Origin: Halioglobus sp.
Lineage (GTDB): Bacteria; Pseudomonadota; Gammaproteobacteria; Pseudomonadales; Halieaceae
Assembly: GCA_036961345.1 (NCBI GenBank)
Contig: JBALVT010000003.1
Span: forward strand, 6,139-70,138
Direction: 5' to 3'
Length of the DNA stretch: 64,000 bases
A program made the translations under genes and the position numbers. Below are positions 1 through 11,657 of the stretch, one piece after another (position 1 is the stretch's first letter; each line of letters starts with the position of its first letter). Below the pieces are notes generated by a model. It did no database searches, was not told the DNA's origin, and worked only from the letters and a program-made list of their open reading frames with translations.

Positions 1-1588
1 GCATCTGTGTGACCAGGTTTGACATAGCGTCTTTGGCTCGCATGGAATCGCTGTCTACCCGATGTAAAGGGACGCCGGGGAAATGCGCGCGCAAAAATTC
101 ATCAGCCTGCTGGGTTCCGAGCCCCGAAGTTAGTAATGCGCGACCGTGGCAGTCGGGGCAGGCGCCCGGCATCTTTACAGAAGCTGTGCAGTGATGGCAG
201 CGCAGAATGCCCTGACGGCGGTGTACAGTAAGCCGGGCATCGCAGTTGCGGCACTCGGCAAGCCAGCCACAATCGTGGCACTGTAGTGTCGGTGCAAAAC
301 CCCTGCGGTTGAGAAACAACAGCACTTGTTTCCCTCTATTCAAGGTATCAGCCACGGCGTCAAGTAAGGCGGCGGAAAATCCGGCCGTCAATGCCTGTTT
401 GCGGATATCAATTGTCGCCACCTTTGGTAACTGCGCGCCGCCGGCACGCTGTGCCAACAAGTGGTGGTGGTAGCGGCCTAGCTGTACATTGTAAATGCTC
501 TCCAGGGAGGGTGTGGCACTCCCCAAAAGGACTGGGCATTGGGCTTGTTGTGCCCGTTTGACGGCGATGTCACGGGCTGAATACCGAAATCCGTCCTGTT
601 GTTTATAGGAGCTGTCATGTTCTTCGTCGACGATAATCAGGCCGAGTTTATCCAGCGGCGCGAATACGGAGGAGCGGGTGCCGATTACGATGTGCGCGCT
701 GCCATCGCGGGCGGCCTCCCAGCCCTTATACCTTTCCCCTTCGGACAAGCCCGAGTGCAGGTTTATGATATTTGCCTGAAACCGCTCCTCGAAACGACGG
801 GATGTTTGAGGGGTTAGGCCGATTTCAGGTATGAGTACCAAAATCTGCATATTCTGTTCGAGCGCGCGGGCGATCAGCTGCAGGTAAACCTCGGTTTTAC
901 CGCTGCCGGTAACGCCTTCCAGCAAATGGCAGTGGAAGCCGCCCAGTGTTGCCTGAATTGCAGTTACCGCTATGGATTGCTCGGTATTGAGGGTCAGCCC
1001 CGAATGACTTTTCACTTTGCGTGTAGGGGGCTTCAGGGTGCATTGTTCCACCAGGTCTTTGGTGAGTAGCGAACGCATGACGGTCGACGATATGCCTTCG
1101 CCGGTTAGGGTGACTGTGTCGATCTGCGCTGTTTTTTGCAGCGCTGCCAAAGCCTGGGCTTGTTTGGGAGAGCGCGCTAAGGCACCTTCTGGCAGTCCCT
1201 TGCCTTGCGTGGATAAACGCCAGCCTGGCGCTCCCAGAGGCTTGTGCGCCTTGCCCGAGCGCAAAGTCGCGGGAAATGCGCTAGCCATGACTTCGCCTAT
1301 GGGGTGATGATAGTAATTTGCAGCCCATAGGCATATTTCTATCATTTGCGTGCTCATAAGCGGAAAATCATCCAGGATCTGGAGTGCCGCGCGAATTTTA
1401 TTGGCAGGCACCTCTGTTTTTTCCTCTATGGCTAAAACATAGCCGGTGACCTCCCTGCGACCGAAGGGCACCCGAACACGGCAGCCCGGTTTTACCCGGG
1501 ATAACTCCTCTGGGGTCAGGTCAGCAGGTGGAAGATAGTCGAACTGGGCGCGCAATGGAGAGGGTATCGCCAAGCGAAAAATAGACAT
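1..1588 (-). CDS. priA: Primosomal replication protein N' (PriA helicase); C-terminal end lies beyond the left window edge
   Basis: Absent from the ORF track because it runs off the edge. Reverse complement from ATG at 1588 reads MSIFRLAIPSPLRAQFDYLPPADL... Walker A GVTGSGKT is encoded at about 893-916. A zinc-finger region CHDCGW..CRNCD..CHHC..CPDCHG is encoded at about 150-290. Divergent from rpmE. Confidence 0.9.
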   Translation of the reverse strand, partial: MSIFRLAIPSPLRAQFDYLPPADLTPEELSRVKPGCRVRVPFGRREVTGYVLAIEEKTEVPANKIRAALQILDDFPLMSTQMIEICLWAANYYHHPIGEVMASAFPATLRSGKAHKPLGAPGWRLSTQGKGLPEGALARSPKQAQALAALQKTAQIDTVTLTGEGISSTVMRSLLTKDLVEQCTLKPPTRKVKSHSGLTLNTEQSIAVTAIQATLGGFHCHLLEGVTGSGKTEVYLQLIARALEQNMQILVLIPEIGLTPQTSRRFEERFQANIINLHSGLSEGERYKGWEAARDGSAHIVIGTRSSVFAPLDKLGLIIVDEEHDSSYKQQDGFRYSARDIAVKRAQQAQCPVLLGSATPSLESIYNVQLGRYHHHLLAQRAGGAQLPKVATIDIRKQALTAGFSAALLDAVADTLNRGKQVLLFLNRRGFAPTLQCHDCGWLAECRNCDARLTVHRRQGILRCHHCTASVKMPGACPDCHGRALLTSGLGTQQADEFLRAHFPGVPLHRVDSDSMRAKDAMSNLVTQM

Positions 1589-1650
1589 TGCGCCCCTTAT
1601 CAGGCTCAGGTTGATGGAATACCGGCATTGTAACAAATCCTGCCAAGGTA

Positions 1651-1678
1651 TTGCTTATCGTGTACCGTCTGGTAAGAT
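1651..1678 (+). promoter_or_regulatory. Candidate sigma70 promoter for rpmE (TTGCTT-16 nt-TAAGAT)
   Basis: Hexamers read directly from the sequence. This would give a leader of roughly 95 nt before the rpmE ATG at 1778. Pattern match only. Confidence 0.3.
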
Positions 1679-1777
1679 GCCCGCCTATTTTTTGACCGGC
1701 CGATGGCCATCTCCCATTTTCCGATGCGGTGCTCGACAGGGGTCGTGTGGCGGCGTCAACTATCCAGGAGTTTGATA

Positions 1778-2035
1778 ATGAAAGCAGATATACATCCAAA
1801 GTACGAGGACATTACCGCGACTTGTAGTTGTGGCAATAAGGTACAAACACGTTCAACTTTGTGTGAAGACCTGCACATCGACGTATGCTCAGCATGCCAT
1901 CCTTTCTTCACAGGCAAGCAAAAAATGCTGGATACTGGCGGCCGTGTAGATCGCTTCAACAAGCGTTTTGGTAATCGCAGCAGCACAGCGAAAACCGAAA
2001 CCGAAACCGGATCTGAAACCGGCGCCGAAGCTTAA
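1778..2035 (+). CDS. rpmE: 50S ribosomal protein L31 (zinc-binding type, CxxC..CxxC) with an acidic/Thr-rich C-terminal tail
   Basis: [20 protein letters not shown]...[13 protein letters not shown] is the canonical L31 N-terminus. AGGAG at 1766-1770 lies 7 nt upstream of ATG 1778. The ORF-track start at 1703 is an upstream in-frame extension. Confidence 0.93.
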   Translation: MKADIHPKYEDITATCSCGNKVQTRSTLCEDLHIDVCSACHPFFTGKQKMLDTGGRVDRFNKRFGNRSSTAKTETETGSETGAEA

Positions 2036-2062
2036 TACTAGCTGCAGTAAATTGCGGCCCCC

Positions 2063-2099
2063 AAAAGCGTCTTACCGCTAAGGTACGACGCTTTTTTTA
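2063..2099 (+). terminator. Rho-independent terminator after rpmE
   Basis: Stem AGCGTCTTACC (2066-2076) pairs with GGTACGACGCT (2082-2092) with one mismatch. Loop is GCTAA, followed by T7 at 2093-2099. Confidence 0.6.
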
Positions 2100-2216
2100 T
2101 GCCCTGAGTCCGCCGGAGCATCGAATCAGGCTGTAAAAGCGTTACTTTACTGGCTTGTTGAACGTGACGGTTTTCTATATGCTCTTGGCCCTGTTTTTAC
2201 CTGCCTAAAACGCGAA

Positions 2217-3473
2217 GTGAATGCCATGTCCAAGGATCTTAAGGAAGCAGCATTGCGGTACCACGCTGAGCCCACACCCGGAAAAATCCAGGTAGAGCTC
2301 AGTACCCCCGCTGAAACCCAATACGATCTGTCCCTGGCTTATAGTCCGGGCGTTGCAGAGCCATGCCTTGAAATCGCAAAGGATTTGTCGAATGCCTATC
2401 TGTATACAGGCAAGGGCAACTCGGTTGGTGTCATCAGTAACGGTACAGCTGTACTGGGGCTAGGCAATTTGGGTGCTCTTGCCAGCAAACCGGTGATGGA
2501 GGGCAAGGCTCTTTTGTTTAAACGGTTTGCCGGTATCAATGCGGTGGACATTGAGGTGGATACCGAGGACGCGGATCAATTTATCGCTACGGTGGCCAAT
2601 ATCGCCGATACCTTTGGTGGAATTAATCTCGAAGACATTAAAGCGCCTGAATGTTTTGAAATTGAAGCCAGCTTGATCGAAAAGTGCAACATCCCGATAT
2701 TTCACGACGACCAGCACGGCACGGCTATTGTGACCGCCGCTGGACTTATCAGCGCATTGGAAATTCAAGGAAAAACCCTGGGAAAAGCGGTGATCACCTG
2801 CTTGGGGGCCGGTTCAGCCGCCATTGCGTGTATGCGCTTGCTGGTAAGCATGGGGGCGCGGCGCGAGAACATTTATATGTTGGATCGCAGAGGGGTTATC
2901 TACCCCGGGCGCGAAGGCGTTAATGCCTATAAGGAAGAGTTCTCAAATGACACTGACAAGCGCAGCCTGACTGATGCAGTGGGCGGTGCAGATGTTTTCA
3001 TTGGGCTGTCTGGCGCTGATTTACTGAGTGCTGAGATGTTGCTTACCATGGCCGATAATCCCGTTGTTTTCGCTTGTTCCAATCCTGATCCCGAGATTAA
3101 CCCTGAGCTTGCCAATGCGACTCGTAGCGACCTTATTATGGCCACCGGCCGGTCTGATTACCCCAACCAGGTGAACAATGTGCTTGGGTTTCCCTTTATT
3201 TTCCGGGGTGCGCTGGATGTCAGGGCGAGTAGGATTAACGAGGAGATGAAAATAGCTGCAGTTCACGCATTGTGTGATCTGGCGAAAGAGCCGGTTCCAC
3301 CCGAAGTGCTAGCGGCCTGTGAAATTGAGGCCCTCAGTTTTGGCCCGCAATACATTATTCCAAAGCCCGTAGACAGTCGTTTACTCAGTGCAGTGGCATC
3401 AGCGGTTGCTCGTGCCGCGGTCGACAGCGGTGTCGCGAGCCTGCCCTACCCTGAAAATTATTTAGCGGGCTAG
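2217..3473 (+). CDS. NAD(P)-dependent malic enzyme, short form without a phosphotransacetylase-like domain
   Basis: [28 protein letters not shown] and [11 protein letters not shown] are motifs typical of bacterial malic enzymes. The start is GTG 2217 or ATG 2226. Confidence 0.9.
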   Translation: MNAMSKDLKEAALRYHAEPTPGKIQVELSTPAETQYDLSLAYSPGVAEPCLEIAKDLSNAYLYTGKGNSVGVISNGTAVLGLGNLGALASKPVMEGKALLFKRFAGINAVDIEVDTEDADQFIATVANIADTFGGINLEDIKAPECFEIEASLIEKCNIPIFHDDQHGTAIVTAAGLISALEIQGKTLGKAVITCLGAGSAAIACMRLLVSMGARRENIYMLDRRGVIYPGREGVNAYKEEFSNDTDKRSLTDAVGGADVFIGLSGADLLSAEMLLTMADNPVVFACSNPDPEINPELANATRSDLIMATGRSDYPNQVNNVLGFPFIFRGALDVRASRINEEMKIAAVHALCDLAKEPVPPEVLAACEIEALSFGPQYIIPKPVDSRLLSAVASAVARAAVDSGVASLPYPENYLAG

Positions 3474-3477
3474 ATTT

Positions 3478-3495
3478 GTGGGGCGTGAGCCCCGC
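3478..3495. terminator. GC-rich hairpin between convergent malic enzyme and mrcA stops (no U-tract on either strand)
   Basis: GTGGGGC-GTGA-GCCCCGC forms a 7-bp stem including one G-U pair. It sits in the 24-nt gap between the two stop codons. Confidence 0.25.
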
Positions 3496-3497
3496 CG

Positions 3498-5933
3498 CTA
3501 AAAAATCTCGTTGACCAGGTCGTCCGTGCCTTTGTTGTTTGATTCTGGTCCTTCGTGTGCCTCGCCGTAGGACGGAACCCTCTCTTCGCGGAAATACTCG
3601 AAAATGGCATTGCTCTGGTCTGCAGGCGCCAGTAGCCCCGTGTCCGGATCGATACGCACGTTGACGATACCCGCTGGAATCGGGCGCTCGACGTCCGGTG
3701 AATCGCGCAGCGCGGCGCGCATGAAATTGATCCAGATTGGCAGTGCGGCGGTTCCGCCAAACTCACGCTTTCCCAATGGGGTGTAATTGTCAAAACCTAC
3801 CCATGTGGTTGTCACTACATCACGGTTGTAACCCGAAAACCATGCATCCATTGGTCCGTTGGTGGTGCCGGTCTTGCCGGCTAAATCGCCTCTTTCCAAT
3901 ACCAGCGCACGACGCCCTGTGCCCCGGGTAATGACATCTTGCAAAATACTGTCGACAATGAAGTTGACTCTGGCGTCCATAATCCGTGGGGCCTGGTGAG
4001 TGTCCTGCGCGGCGACTTCGCGCTGCTTGAGGATCTGCTCCATGCTGAGCTCTGCGCCTTCTGCGATCTCACCTGTGTCCTGATTGCAGTGTCTGCAAAC
4101 CGTGAGCGGTTGGGCCTCGAATATTTTGTCCCCCGACAGGTTTTCAATGCGTTGAATAAGATACGGCTCGACCTTGTATCCGCCATTGGCCAGTGCCGTA
4201 TACGCTGCAGCCAGTTCCAGTGGTGATACAGCGTGCGTGCCTAGCGCGAGAGATAGGTCGGGGGCGAAGCTTTCGGTATCGAAGCCAAAATTATTAGCAT
4301 AATCAATGACTTGCTGTATTCCCATTTGCTGTAATAGACGAATTGACACCAGATTTCGTGATTTGGTTAATGCCCAGCGCAAGCGGGTCGGGCCATAAAA
4401 TTTTCCACCGTCATTTTCGGGCCGCCATATTCCCTCCAAAGAACTGTCTTCAAAAACCACTGGCGCGTCGTTGATGATACTGGCGGCGCTGAAACCCTCT
4501 TTAAGAGCGGCGCTGTAGATAAACGGTTTGAAGTTGGATCCGGGTTGTCGCTCAGCCTGAGTGGCGCGATTGAATTTGCTTAGTTCAAATCCCATACCGC
4601 CAACAATGCTCAATATTGCCCCGTCATCGGGCGCCAAAGAAACCAGTGCGGCCTGCGCAGCTGGAACCTGACTGAGCCACCAGGCGCCCTCGTCATTTAG
4701 AGATATGCGAATCAAATCACCTATCGACAGAACCTCGGCAGCTGTTTTCGGTGCGCCTCCTCTGGAATTTTCACTTAAGTAGGGGCGTGCCTGGCGTATG
4801 CCATTGTCCCAAAGTAGTTCTGCGGTTCCGCCATCCGCCAATAAGATGGCAGCGCTGTCCTCGCGCACTTCGGTCACAATGGCGGGCTGCAAGTCGGCGA
4901 TAATGGCTGTTTCTGTCAGTACATCTTGCCAGGTTTTTGCTGCATCTTCGGTTGATTCGGGCGGTAATTGCCGTTCAGGGCCCCGATACCCGTGGCGTTT
5001 GTCGTAGGTAATAAGGCCCTCATTGATGACCCCCTGGGCGACTTGTTGCAACCTGGAGCTGATGGTTGTGTAAACATGAAAACCCTCGTTGTAGGCCGCC
5101 ATACCGTATTTCGCCAGCATTTTTTGGCGTGCCATTTCCGCAGCGTAGTGCGCCTCAAAGCTCAGCTGGGCGCCATGGTGGACTGCGGTTACCGGTGTTT
5201 GTATTGCCTCGGCGTGTTCAGCCCCAGAGATGTAACCCAATGACAGCATGCGACCAAGAATCCAGTTTCTGCGTTCTCTTCCGGCTTCGGGTCCGCTGAT
5301 CGGGTTGTTGCGCGAGGGTGCCTTGGGAATGCCCGCTAACATGGCCTGTTGCGGCAGTGTGAGATCAACAATACTCTTTCCATAATAGACTTGCGCTGCA
5401 GCATCAAAGCCATAGGCGCGGTGCCCCAGAAAGACCCGGTTAAAATAGAGTTCGAATATTTCGGGCTTATCCAGAGCGCGCTCTATTTCGATGGCCAACA
5501 GGATTTCATTGAATTTGCGTATGAATGTACGATCAAGCGTTAGAAAGTAATTTCTAGCAACCTGCATGGTCAAGGTGCTGCCGCCCGAGCCTTTTTGTCC
5601 AGTCAATACAAGCTCGGAGACCGCTCTCATCAAACCCATGATATCGATCCCTCCGTGGCGAAAAAAGCCATCGTCTTCGGCTGCCAGAAGCGCGTTTACG
5701 AAGTGCTCCGGGATCTGTTGGAAGGGCAGTGGGCTGCGCTTCTGTTCGCCAAATTGACCGATTAAATCACCCTCGCGTGTGTAGACCCGCATGGGGGTCT
5801 GCAGTTTTACATCGCGTAGTGTTTCGACATTGGGCAAGTTTGGACTCAGGTAGAGATAGACGCCTGCCAAAAGCCATATGGCGCCAAAAAACCCGAGTAG
5901 CGCCATGCGCGTGATAAAGCGGAGGAAAGTCAT
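3498..5933 (-). CDS. mrcA: Penicillin-binding protein 1A (bifunctional transglycosylase/transpeptidase)
   Basis: 811 aa with an N-terminal TM anchor. Glycosyltransferase motifs are present (EDDGFFRHGGID, GGSTLTMQ). A transpeptidase SxxK-type region (PGSNFKP) is present. Divergent from pilM, the classical ponA-pilM arrangement. Confidence 0.93.
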   Translation of the reverse strand: MTFLRFITRMALLGFFGAIWLLAGVYLYLSPNLPNVETLRDVKLQTPMRVYTREGDLIGQFGEQKRSPLPFQQIPEHFVNALLAAEDDGFFRHGGIDIMGLMRAVSELVLTGQKGSGGSTLTMQVARNYFLTLDRTFIRKFNEILLAIEIERALDKPEIFELYFNRVFLGHRAYGFDAAAQVYYGKSIVDLTLPQQAMLAGIPKAPSRNNPISGPEAGRERRNWILGRMLSLGYISGAEHAEAIQTPVTAVHHGAQLSFEAHYAAEMARQKMLAKYGMAAYNEGFHVYTTISSRLQQVAQGVINEGLITYDKRHGYRGPERQLPPESTEDAAKTWQDVLTETAIIADLQPAIVTEVREDSAAILLADGGTAELLWDNGIRQARPYLSENSRGGAPKTAAEVLSIGDLIRISLNDEGAWWLSQVPAAQAALVSLAPDDGAILSIVGGMGFELSKFNRATQAERQPGSNFKPFIYSAALKEGFSAASIINDAPVVFEDSSLEGIWRPENDGGKFYGPTRLRWALTKSRNLVSIRLLQQMGIQQVIDYANNFGFDTESFAPDLSLALGTHAVSPLELAAAYTALANGGYKVEPYLIQRIENLSGDKIFEAQPLTVCRHCNQDTGEIAEGAELSMEQILKQREVAAQDTHQAPRIMDARVNFIVDSILQDVITRGTGRRALVLERGDLAGKTGTTNGPMDAWFSGYNRDVVTTTWVGFDNYTPLGKREFGGTAALPIWINFMRAALRDSPDVERPIPAGIVNVRIDPDTGLLAPADQSNAIFEYFREERVPSYGEAHEGPESNNKGTDDLVNEIF

Positions 5934-6099
5934 AGAATCCTTTACAAACCAGTGGCTTGTATTAAAGTGAGCTCGTTACAGCATTGTTCAAATTGGTAAT
6001 TATATGCTCTTTTTTACTTTTGATTGAAATGTGTCTGTGATATATCTAACAATTAATGTATCGGTGTATAAGAATATCCTAAGTTAGTGATACTGATAG

Positions 6100-7172
<1,073 letters not shown>

Positions 7173-7173
<1 letters not shown>

Positions 7174-7742
7174 TGGCTCAGATTAATTTACTGCCATGGC
7201 GCGACGATCGGCGCCAGGAGCAGAAGAAAGAATTTCTTGCCATTGTTGGCTTTGTTCTCGCACTGGGCGTCGGCCTGTTGGTTATGGCCGACCGGGTTGT
7301 GAATAACCAAATAGATAACCAGAACACCCGCAATCGTCATTTAACCGAGCAAATCGCAGTACTGGATAAAGAGGTCGCCGAAATTCGGGAGTTAGAGCGA
7401 AAACGCAATCAACTGTTGGACCGTATGCGTGTAATCCAGCAATTACAGGGCAATCGGCCAATTATCGTCCGTATTCTGGATCAGCTCGTTAGAACGATGC
7501 CCGACGGAGTCTTTTACACTAACCTCAAAACGACGGGTAAGGTGATTGGTATTACGGGCATTGCCGAGTCCAATAATCGGGTGTCCAGTTTGATGCGTCG
7601 ATTGGATGGGTCCGATTGGCTGGCCAATCCCAACCTCGATAAGGTAAGAGCTGCCGAAGAGTACGGCGACCAGGCCACGACATTTAATCTTAGTGTTCAA
7701 GTTGAGCTGCCCGCCTCGGGTACAAATGGGGGGGAGGGCTAA
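7173..7742 (+). CDS. pilN: Type IV pilus assembly protein PilN
   Basis: MAQINLLPWR is the hallmark PilN start, followed by a single TM. Its ATG overlaps the pilM stop (TAATG). Confidence 0.9.
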
Positions 7743-7745
7743 GTT

Positions 7746-8360
7746 ATGGCATTTGAAGACACAATGAGTGGTTTGCGCGATTTTGATATCAACGACCTGG
7801 ATTTTGACAATGTCGGTGCATGGCCAGGGTTAATCAAGGTTCTTATCTGGCTGATCTTACTCGGAGCAGTTCTGGCTGGAGGCTACTATTACCACGTTGA
7901 AGACTTACAACTTCAATTGGCCAAGGTTGAGGTAGAAGAGGAGCGCTTGAGAAAGGATTTTGAGAAAAAAGCCTTTCAGGCCGCTAATCTTGAGGCTTAC
8001 AAGCGCCAGATGTTGGAGATGGAGGAGTCTTTTGGCGCCTTGGTGAGTCAGCTGCCCAGTGATACTGAAGTGCCGGGCTTGTTGGAGGACATAACCAACA
8101 AAGGCCTGCTAAACGGCTTGGAAATTGAAACCATCGATCTGCTGCCCGAACAGAGTAAAGAATTTTATATAGAGCTTCCTATATCTATCGTTGCCAGAGG
8201 TACTTATCACGACCTGGGCGCGTTTATTAGCGGCATGGCCGGTTTGCCAAGGATCGTAACGCTACACGATTTTGCGATTTCCGCCAGTAACGACGATTCA
8301 GGGTTACTTAATCTGAACCTGGTTGCCAAGACTTATCGCTACAAAGATGAGGAGGCCTGA
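7746..8360 (+). CDS. pilO: Type IV pilus assembly protein PilO
   Basis: Position in the operon; TM followed by a coiled coil; 3-nt gap after pilN. Confidence 0.9.
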   Translation: MAFEDTMSGLRDFDINDLDFDNVGAWPGLIKVLIWLILLGAVLAGGYYYHVEDLQLQLAKVEVEEERLRKDFEKKAFQAANLEAYKRQMLEMEESFGALVSQLPSDTEVPGLLEDITNKGLLNGLEIETIDLLPEQSKEFYIELPISIVARGTYHDLGAFISGMAGLPRIVTLHDFAISASNDDSGLLNLNLVAKTYRYKDEEA

Positions 8361-8362
8361 AT

Positions 8363-8896
8363 ATGAAGTTGGGTTTTCGTAATCTTGGTTTAATGGCTGT
8401 TATTGGTGTGGCACTGGCTGGATGCGGCGGAGGGGATTTATCAGATCTCGACGCATTTATGGCCGAGAAGCGGGCCAAGCCGGGCGGAATTATTACGCCT
8501 ATCCCCACTTTTAAGGCCTATGAGGCGTTTGCCTACAGCGCGACAGCATTGCGTAGCCCTTTTGATCGTCCAATCGAGGTCAGGGAAATCACGCAATTAC
8601 AGGCTGTCAGCGCGGTTAAGCCCGATGATACTCGCGCAAAGGAATTTCTTGAGCAGTTTACATTCGATTCTTTGAGAATGGTTGGTGGTTTAGCCAGAGC
8701 GGGAACCGACTGGGTGTTGGTTCGCGATCCTGACGGCGGTATTCACCGGGTAACCCTGGGTCACTTTCTGGGGCGTAACCATGGGAAAATAGTTGAGATG
8801 ACGGAAACTTACGTGGCTGTTGTGGAAATCGTAACTGATGGTACTGAGGACGGCTGGGTTGAACGTCCTCGCACCATCAAATTAGACGGTGTTTAA
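8363..8896 (+). CDS. pilP: Type IV pilus assembly lipoprotein PilP
   Basis: Lipobox LAGC at residues 19-22. 2-nt gap after pilO. Operon position. Confidence 0.88.
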   Translation: MKLGFRNLGLMAVIGVALAGCGGGDLSDLDAFMAEKRAKPGGIITPIPTFKAYEAFAYSATALRSPFDRPIEVREITQLQAVSAVKPDDTRAKEFLEQFTFDSLRMVGGLARAGTDWVLVRDPDGGIHRVTLGHFLGRNHGKIVEMTETYVAVVEIVTDGTEDGWVERPRTIKLDGV

Positions 8897-8941
8897 ATCG
8901 CATTCATCGGTGATTGCCGTTTTGGAGTAAAAAATTGAATT

Positions 8942-11083
8942 TTGGGGACTGGGGCCGTGAATAGACAAAAACAAGAAAGAAGGCATTGGCTGGGACGCCG
9001 ATCAGTACTGGGGCTAACATTGACGCTATTGGCGGGTGCACTCCAAGCTGCGCCGAGTGTGACCAATATCGAATTTAGCTCGCGTCCGGGTAGTAAGTTC
9101 GAAATTCGTCTGGATTTTGACGAAACGCCGCCAGATCTCAAGGCCTACACCATTGAGAAACCTGCTCGTATAGCCATCGACTTTCCCAATACCAAAAGTG
9201 CTCTCGATGCCAAGCGCTACTCCCTGCCCTACGGCAATGCAACGGGAGTGATCGTACTCGAGTCTGGAGATCGCACCCGCCTGGTGGTCAATCTTGTGAA
9301 GATGGTGCCTTACCAGACACGTGTAGAAGGCACCAGCATATACGTTGTTGTTGGCCAGGACGGCGGTAGCGATTATATGAAGCCGATGACCGATCCTAAT
9401 CGTTTGGCAACGAAAGTCGAGCCGGTAAGAGAGGTTAGATCAGAAATATCAGATCTACAGTTTCAACGAACTGGTGATGGTGAAGGGCGTTTGATGCTCG
9501 ATTTGACAGATCCGACTGTCGACGTGAATGTATTCAGCGAAGGCGGTGATATCAAAGTGCAGTTTGTCGATACGACAGTGCCGGAGCGTCTGATGCGGCG
9601 CTACGATGTTACCGATTTTGCAACACCCGTTAACAGTATCGATGTGAACACGACAGAGCGTGGCGCAACATTGACACTCAAGGCGACCGGCGAGTACGAC
9701 TATCTCGCGTACCAGACTGACGGCCAGTATGTGCTCAGTGTGAAGCCGCTTTCCAAGCGGGAGATAGAGCGACGCAAGGATGAATTCACCTATGTAGGTG
9801 ATCGCATCTCGTTGAATTTTCAGGATATTGAAGTTCGTGCGGTATTGCAGCTTATCGCCGATTTCACTGAATTGAACCTGGTGGCTAGCGACACGGTTTC
9901 AGGGCGTATTACCCTGCGTTTGCAAAACGTTCCCTGGGATCAAGCGCTGGAGCTGGTGCTGAAAACCAAGGGTTTGGATAAACGGCAAAATGGCAATGTA
10001 CTAATGGTGGCACCTGCCGCGGAAATCGCCGAACGAGAACGACAGCAGATAGAGGCCAACCGCTCTATTGCTGAGCTGGCTCCACTGCAGTCTGAGTTTC
10101 TTCGCGTTCGCTATGCATCAGCGACCTCTATTGTCGGTCTATTCCAGGCTGGGTCTGAAGAGGGCGGGAGTCTAATATCTTCGCGCGGATCGGTTATCGT
10201 CGATCCTAGAACAAATTCTCTGATTATCACTGAAACGGCCGCAAAACTGGCCGAAATACGTGATTTGATTGAGCTGGTGGATATTCCCATCAGGCAGGTA
10301 ATGATCGAGGCCCGTATTGTTATCGCACAGTCCGACTTGCAAAAGGAGTTGGGTATTGAGTGGGGTGGCGGTTATCTGGATCCAGACAAAAATGGCAACA
10401 TTCTGTCCGTTTCCGGGGACACTAATAACGTTATCGGTCTGAATGACTCGGTTATCAATGGAACCACACCGTCCATTAATTACCCTGGGTCGTTATTGGT
10501 AGACCTGGGTGTTGCGAGTGCAACCAGTGGTTTTGCCGTAGGTTTCACCAGCAATGATCTCTACCTGACCGCTGAGCTGTCGGCACTGGAAGCCGCCGGT
10601 GACGGCGAGGTTGTGTCACAGCCCAAAGTGATTACCGGTGACAAACAACAGGCGACTATCAAGTCGGGTACCGAAGTGCCTTATCAGGAATCTTCATCCA
10701 GTGGCGAGACCACTACATCATTCAAAGAAGCGGTGCTTAAATTGGATGTAACGCCAAATATCACGCCAGATGACAGAATACTGCTGGATTTGATCATCAA
10801 TCAGGATTCCGTTGGTGACCTGGTGCCGTCAGGTCAAGGTGGTGTCATACCTTCGATTGATACTACGGAGCTGACGACCCAGGTGCTGGTTGGGAATGGC
10901 GAAACAGTTGTACTTGGCGGCGTATTCAAGACCGAGGACATTGAGAGAATCAGCAAGGTGCCCTTCCTTGGAGATATCCCTTATGTCGGTGCTTTCTTTA
11001 GCAATCAGACCAACTCTCATACCAAGACTGAAACCTTGATCTTCATAACGCCCAGGATTTTGGCCGATACGCTGCTCGACTAG
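8942..11083 (+). CDS. pilQ: Type IV pilus secretin PilQ
   Basis: 713 aa. The secretin C-domain is present (VPFLGDIPYVGAFF, TLIFITPRIL), with AMIN-like N-terminal repeats. The start is TTG 8942 or GTG 8957. Confidence 0.92.
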   Translation: MGTGAVNRQKQERRHWLGRRSVLGLTLTLLAGALQAAPSVTNIEFSSRPGSKFEIRLDFDETPPDLKAYTIEKPARIAIDFPNTKSALDAKRYSLPYGNATGVIVLESGDRTRLVVNLVKMVPYQTRVEGTSIYVVVGQDGGSDYMKPMTDPNRLATKVEPVREVRSEISDLQFQRTGDGEGRLMLDLTDPTVDVNVFSEGGDIKVQFVDTTVPERLMRRYDVTDFATPVNSIDVNTTERGATLTLKATGEYDYLAYQTDGQYVLSVKPLSKREIERRKDEFTYVGDRISLNFQDIEVRAVLQLIADFTELNLVASDTVSGRITLRLQNVPWDQALELVLKTKGLDKRQNGNVLMVAPAAEIAERERQQIEANRSIAELAPLQSEFLRVRYASATSIVGLFQAGSEEGGSLISSRGSVIVDPRTNSLIITETAAKLAEIRDLIELVDIPIRQVMIEARIVIAQSDLQKELGIEWGGGYLDPDKNGNILSVSGDTNNVIGLNDSVINGTTPSINYPGSLLVDLGVASATSGFAVGFTSNDLYLTAELSALEAAGDGEVVSQPKVITGDKQQATIKSGTEVPYQESSSSGETTTSFKEAVLKLDVTPNITPDDRILLDLIINQDSVGDLVPSGQGGVIPSIDTTELTTQVLVGNGETVVLGGVFKTEDIERISKVPFLGDIPYVGAFFSNQTNSHTKTETLIFITPRILADTLLD

Positions 11084-11085
11084 CC

Positions 11086-11598
11086 ATGCCTAATCTGCAC
11101 AGAGTTTTTCTCGTCGGCCCCATGGGGGCCGGCAAAACGACCATTGGTAAGTATCTCTCCGCGCAGCTGAATCTGCAATTTGCAGATACCGATACAGAAA
11201 TTGAAGTGCGCACTGGCGCAGATATCCCCTGGATATTTGATGTCGAAGGCGAACAGGGCTTTCGGGACAGAGAGCAACAAGCCGTTGAGGAAATGACCCT
11301 GTGGGACAACGTTTTGTTGGCTACTGGCGGTGGCGTGATTATGCGCCAGGAGAATCGACGAGTACTGGCAGCGAGAGGATTCGTGATTTATCTCCACGCC
11401 ACTGTTGATGAGCAGGTTCGCCGCACCCACAGAGACAGACGCCGCCCGCTTTTGCAAGACGGTGACCCGGAAGAAATTCTCCGGGACTTAATGGTTGTTC
11501 GCGATCCGCTATACCGAGAAATTGCTGACCATGTGATCGATACCGACGGTTGCAGCCCGCGAACTGTCGCCCAGAATCTGGTTCGCGACCTTACCTAG
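11086..11598 (+). CDS. aroK: Shikimate kinase I
   Basis: P-loop GPMGAGKTT and the DTD motif. Starts 2 nt after the pilQ stop, in the canonical pilQ-aroK-aroB order. Confidence 0.93.
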   Translation: MPNLHRVFLVGPMGAGKTTIGKYLSAQLNLQFADTDTEIEVRTGADIPWIFDVEGEQGFRDREQQAVEEMTLWDNVLLATGGGVIMRQENRRVLAARGFVIYLHATVDEQVRRTHRDRRRPLLQDGDPEEILRDLMVVRDPLYREIADHVIDTDGCSPRTVAQNLVRDLT

Positions 11599-11657
11599 AG
11601 ACAAACCCACTGTTCTAGCGGTATGATGTTTCCCCTTTTTTTGCTTGAGGATGAAAC

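Noticed and set aside
2217-3473. Malic enzyme as a truncated MaeB lacking the PTA domain.
   Set aside because: The ORF ends cleanly 24 nt from the convergent mrcA stop, with no downstream PTA-like remnants. Short malic enzymes are a normal class.
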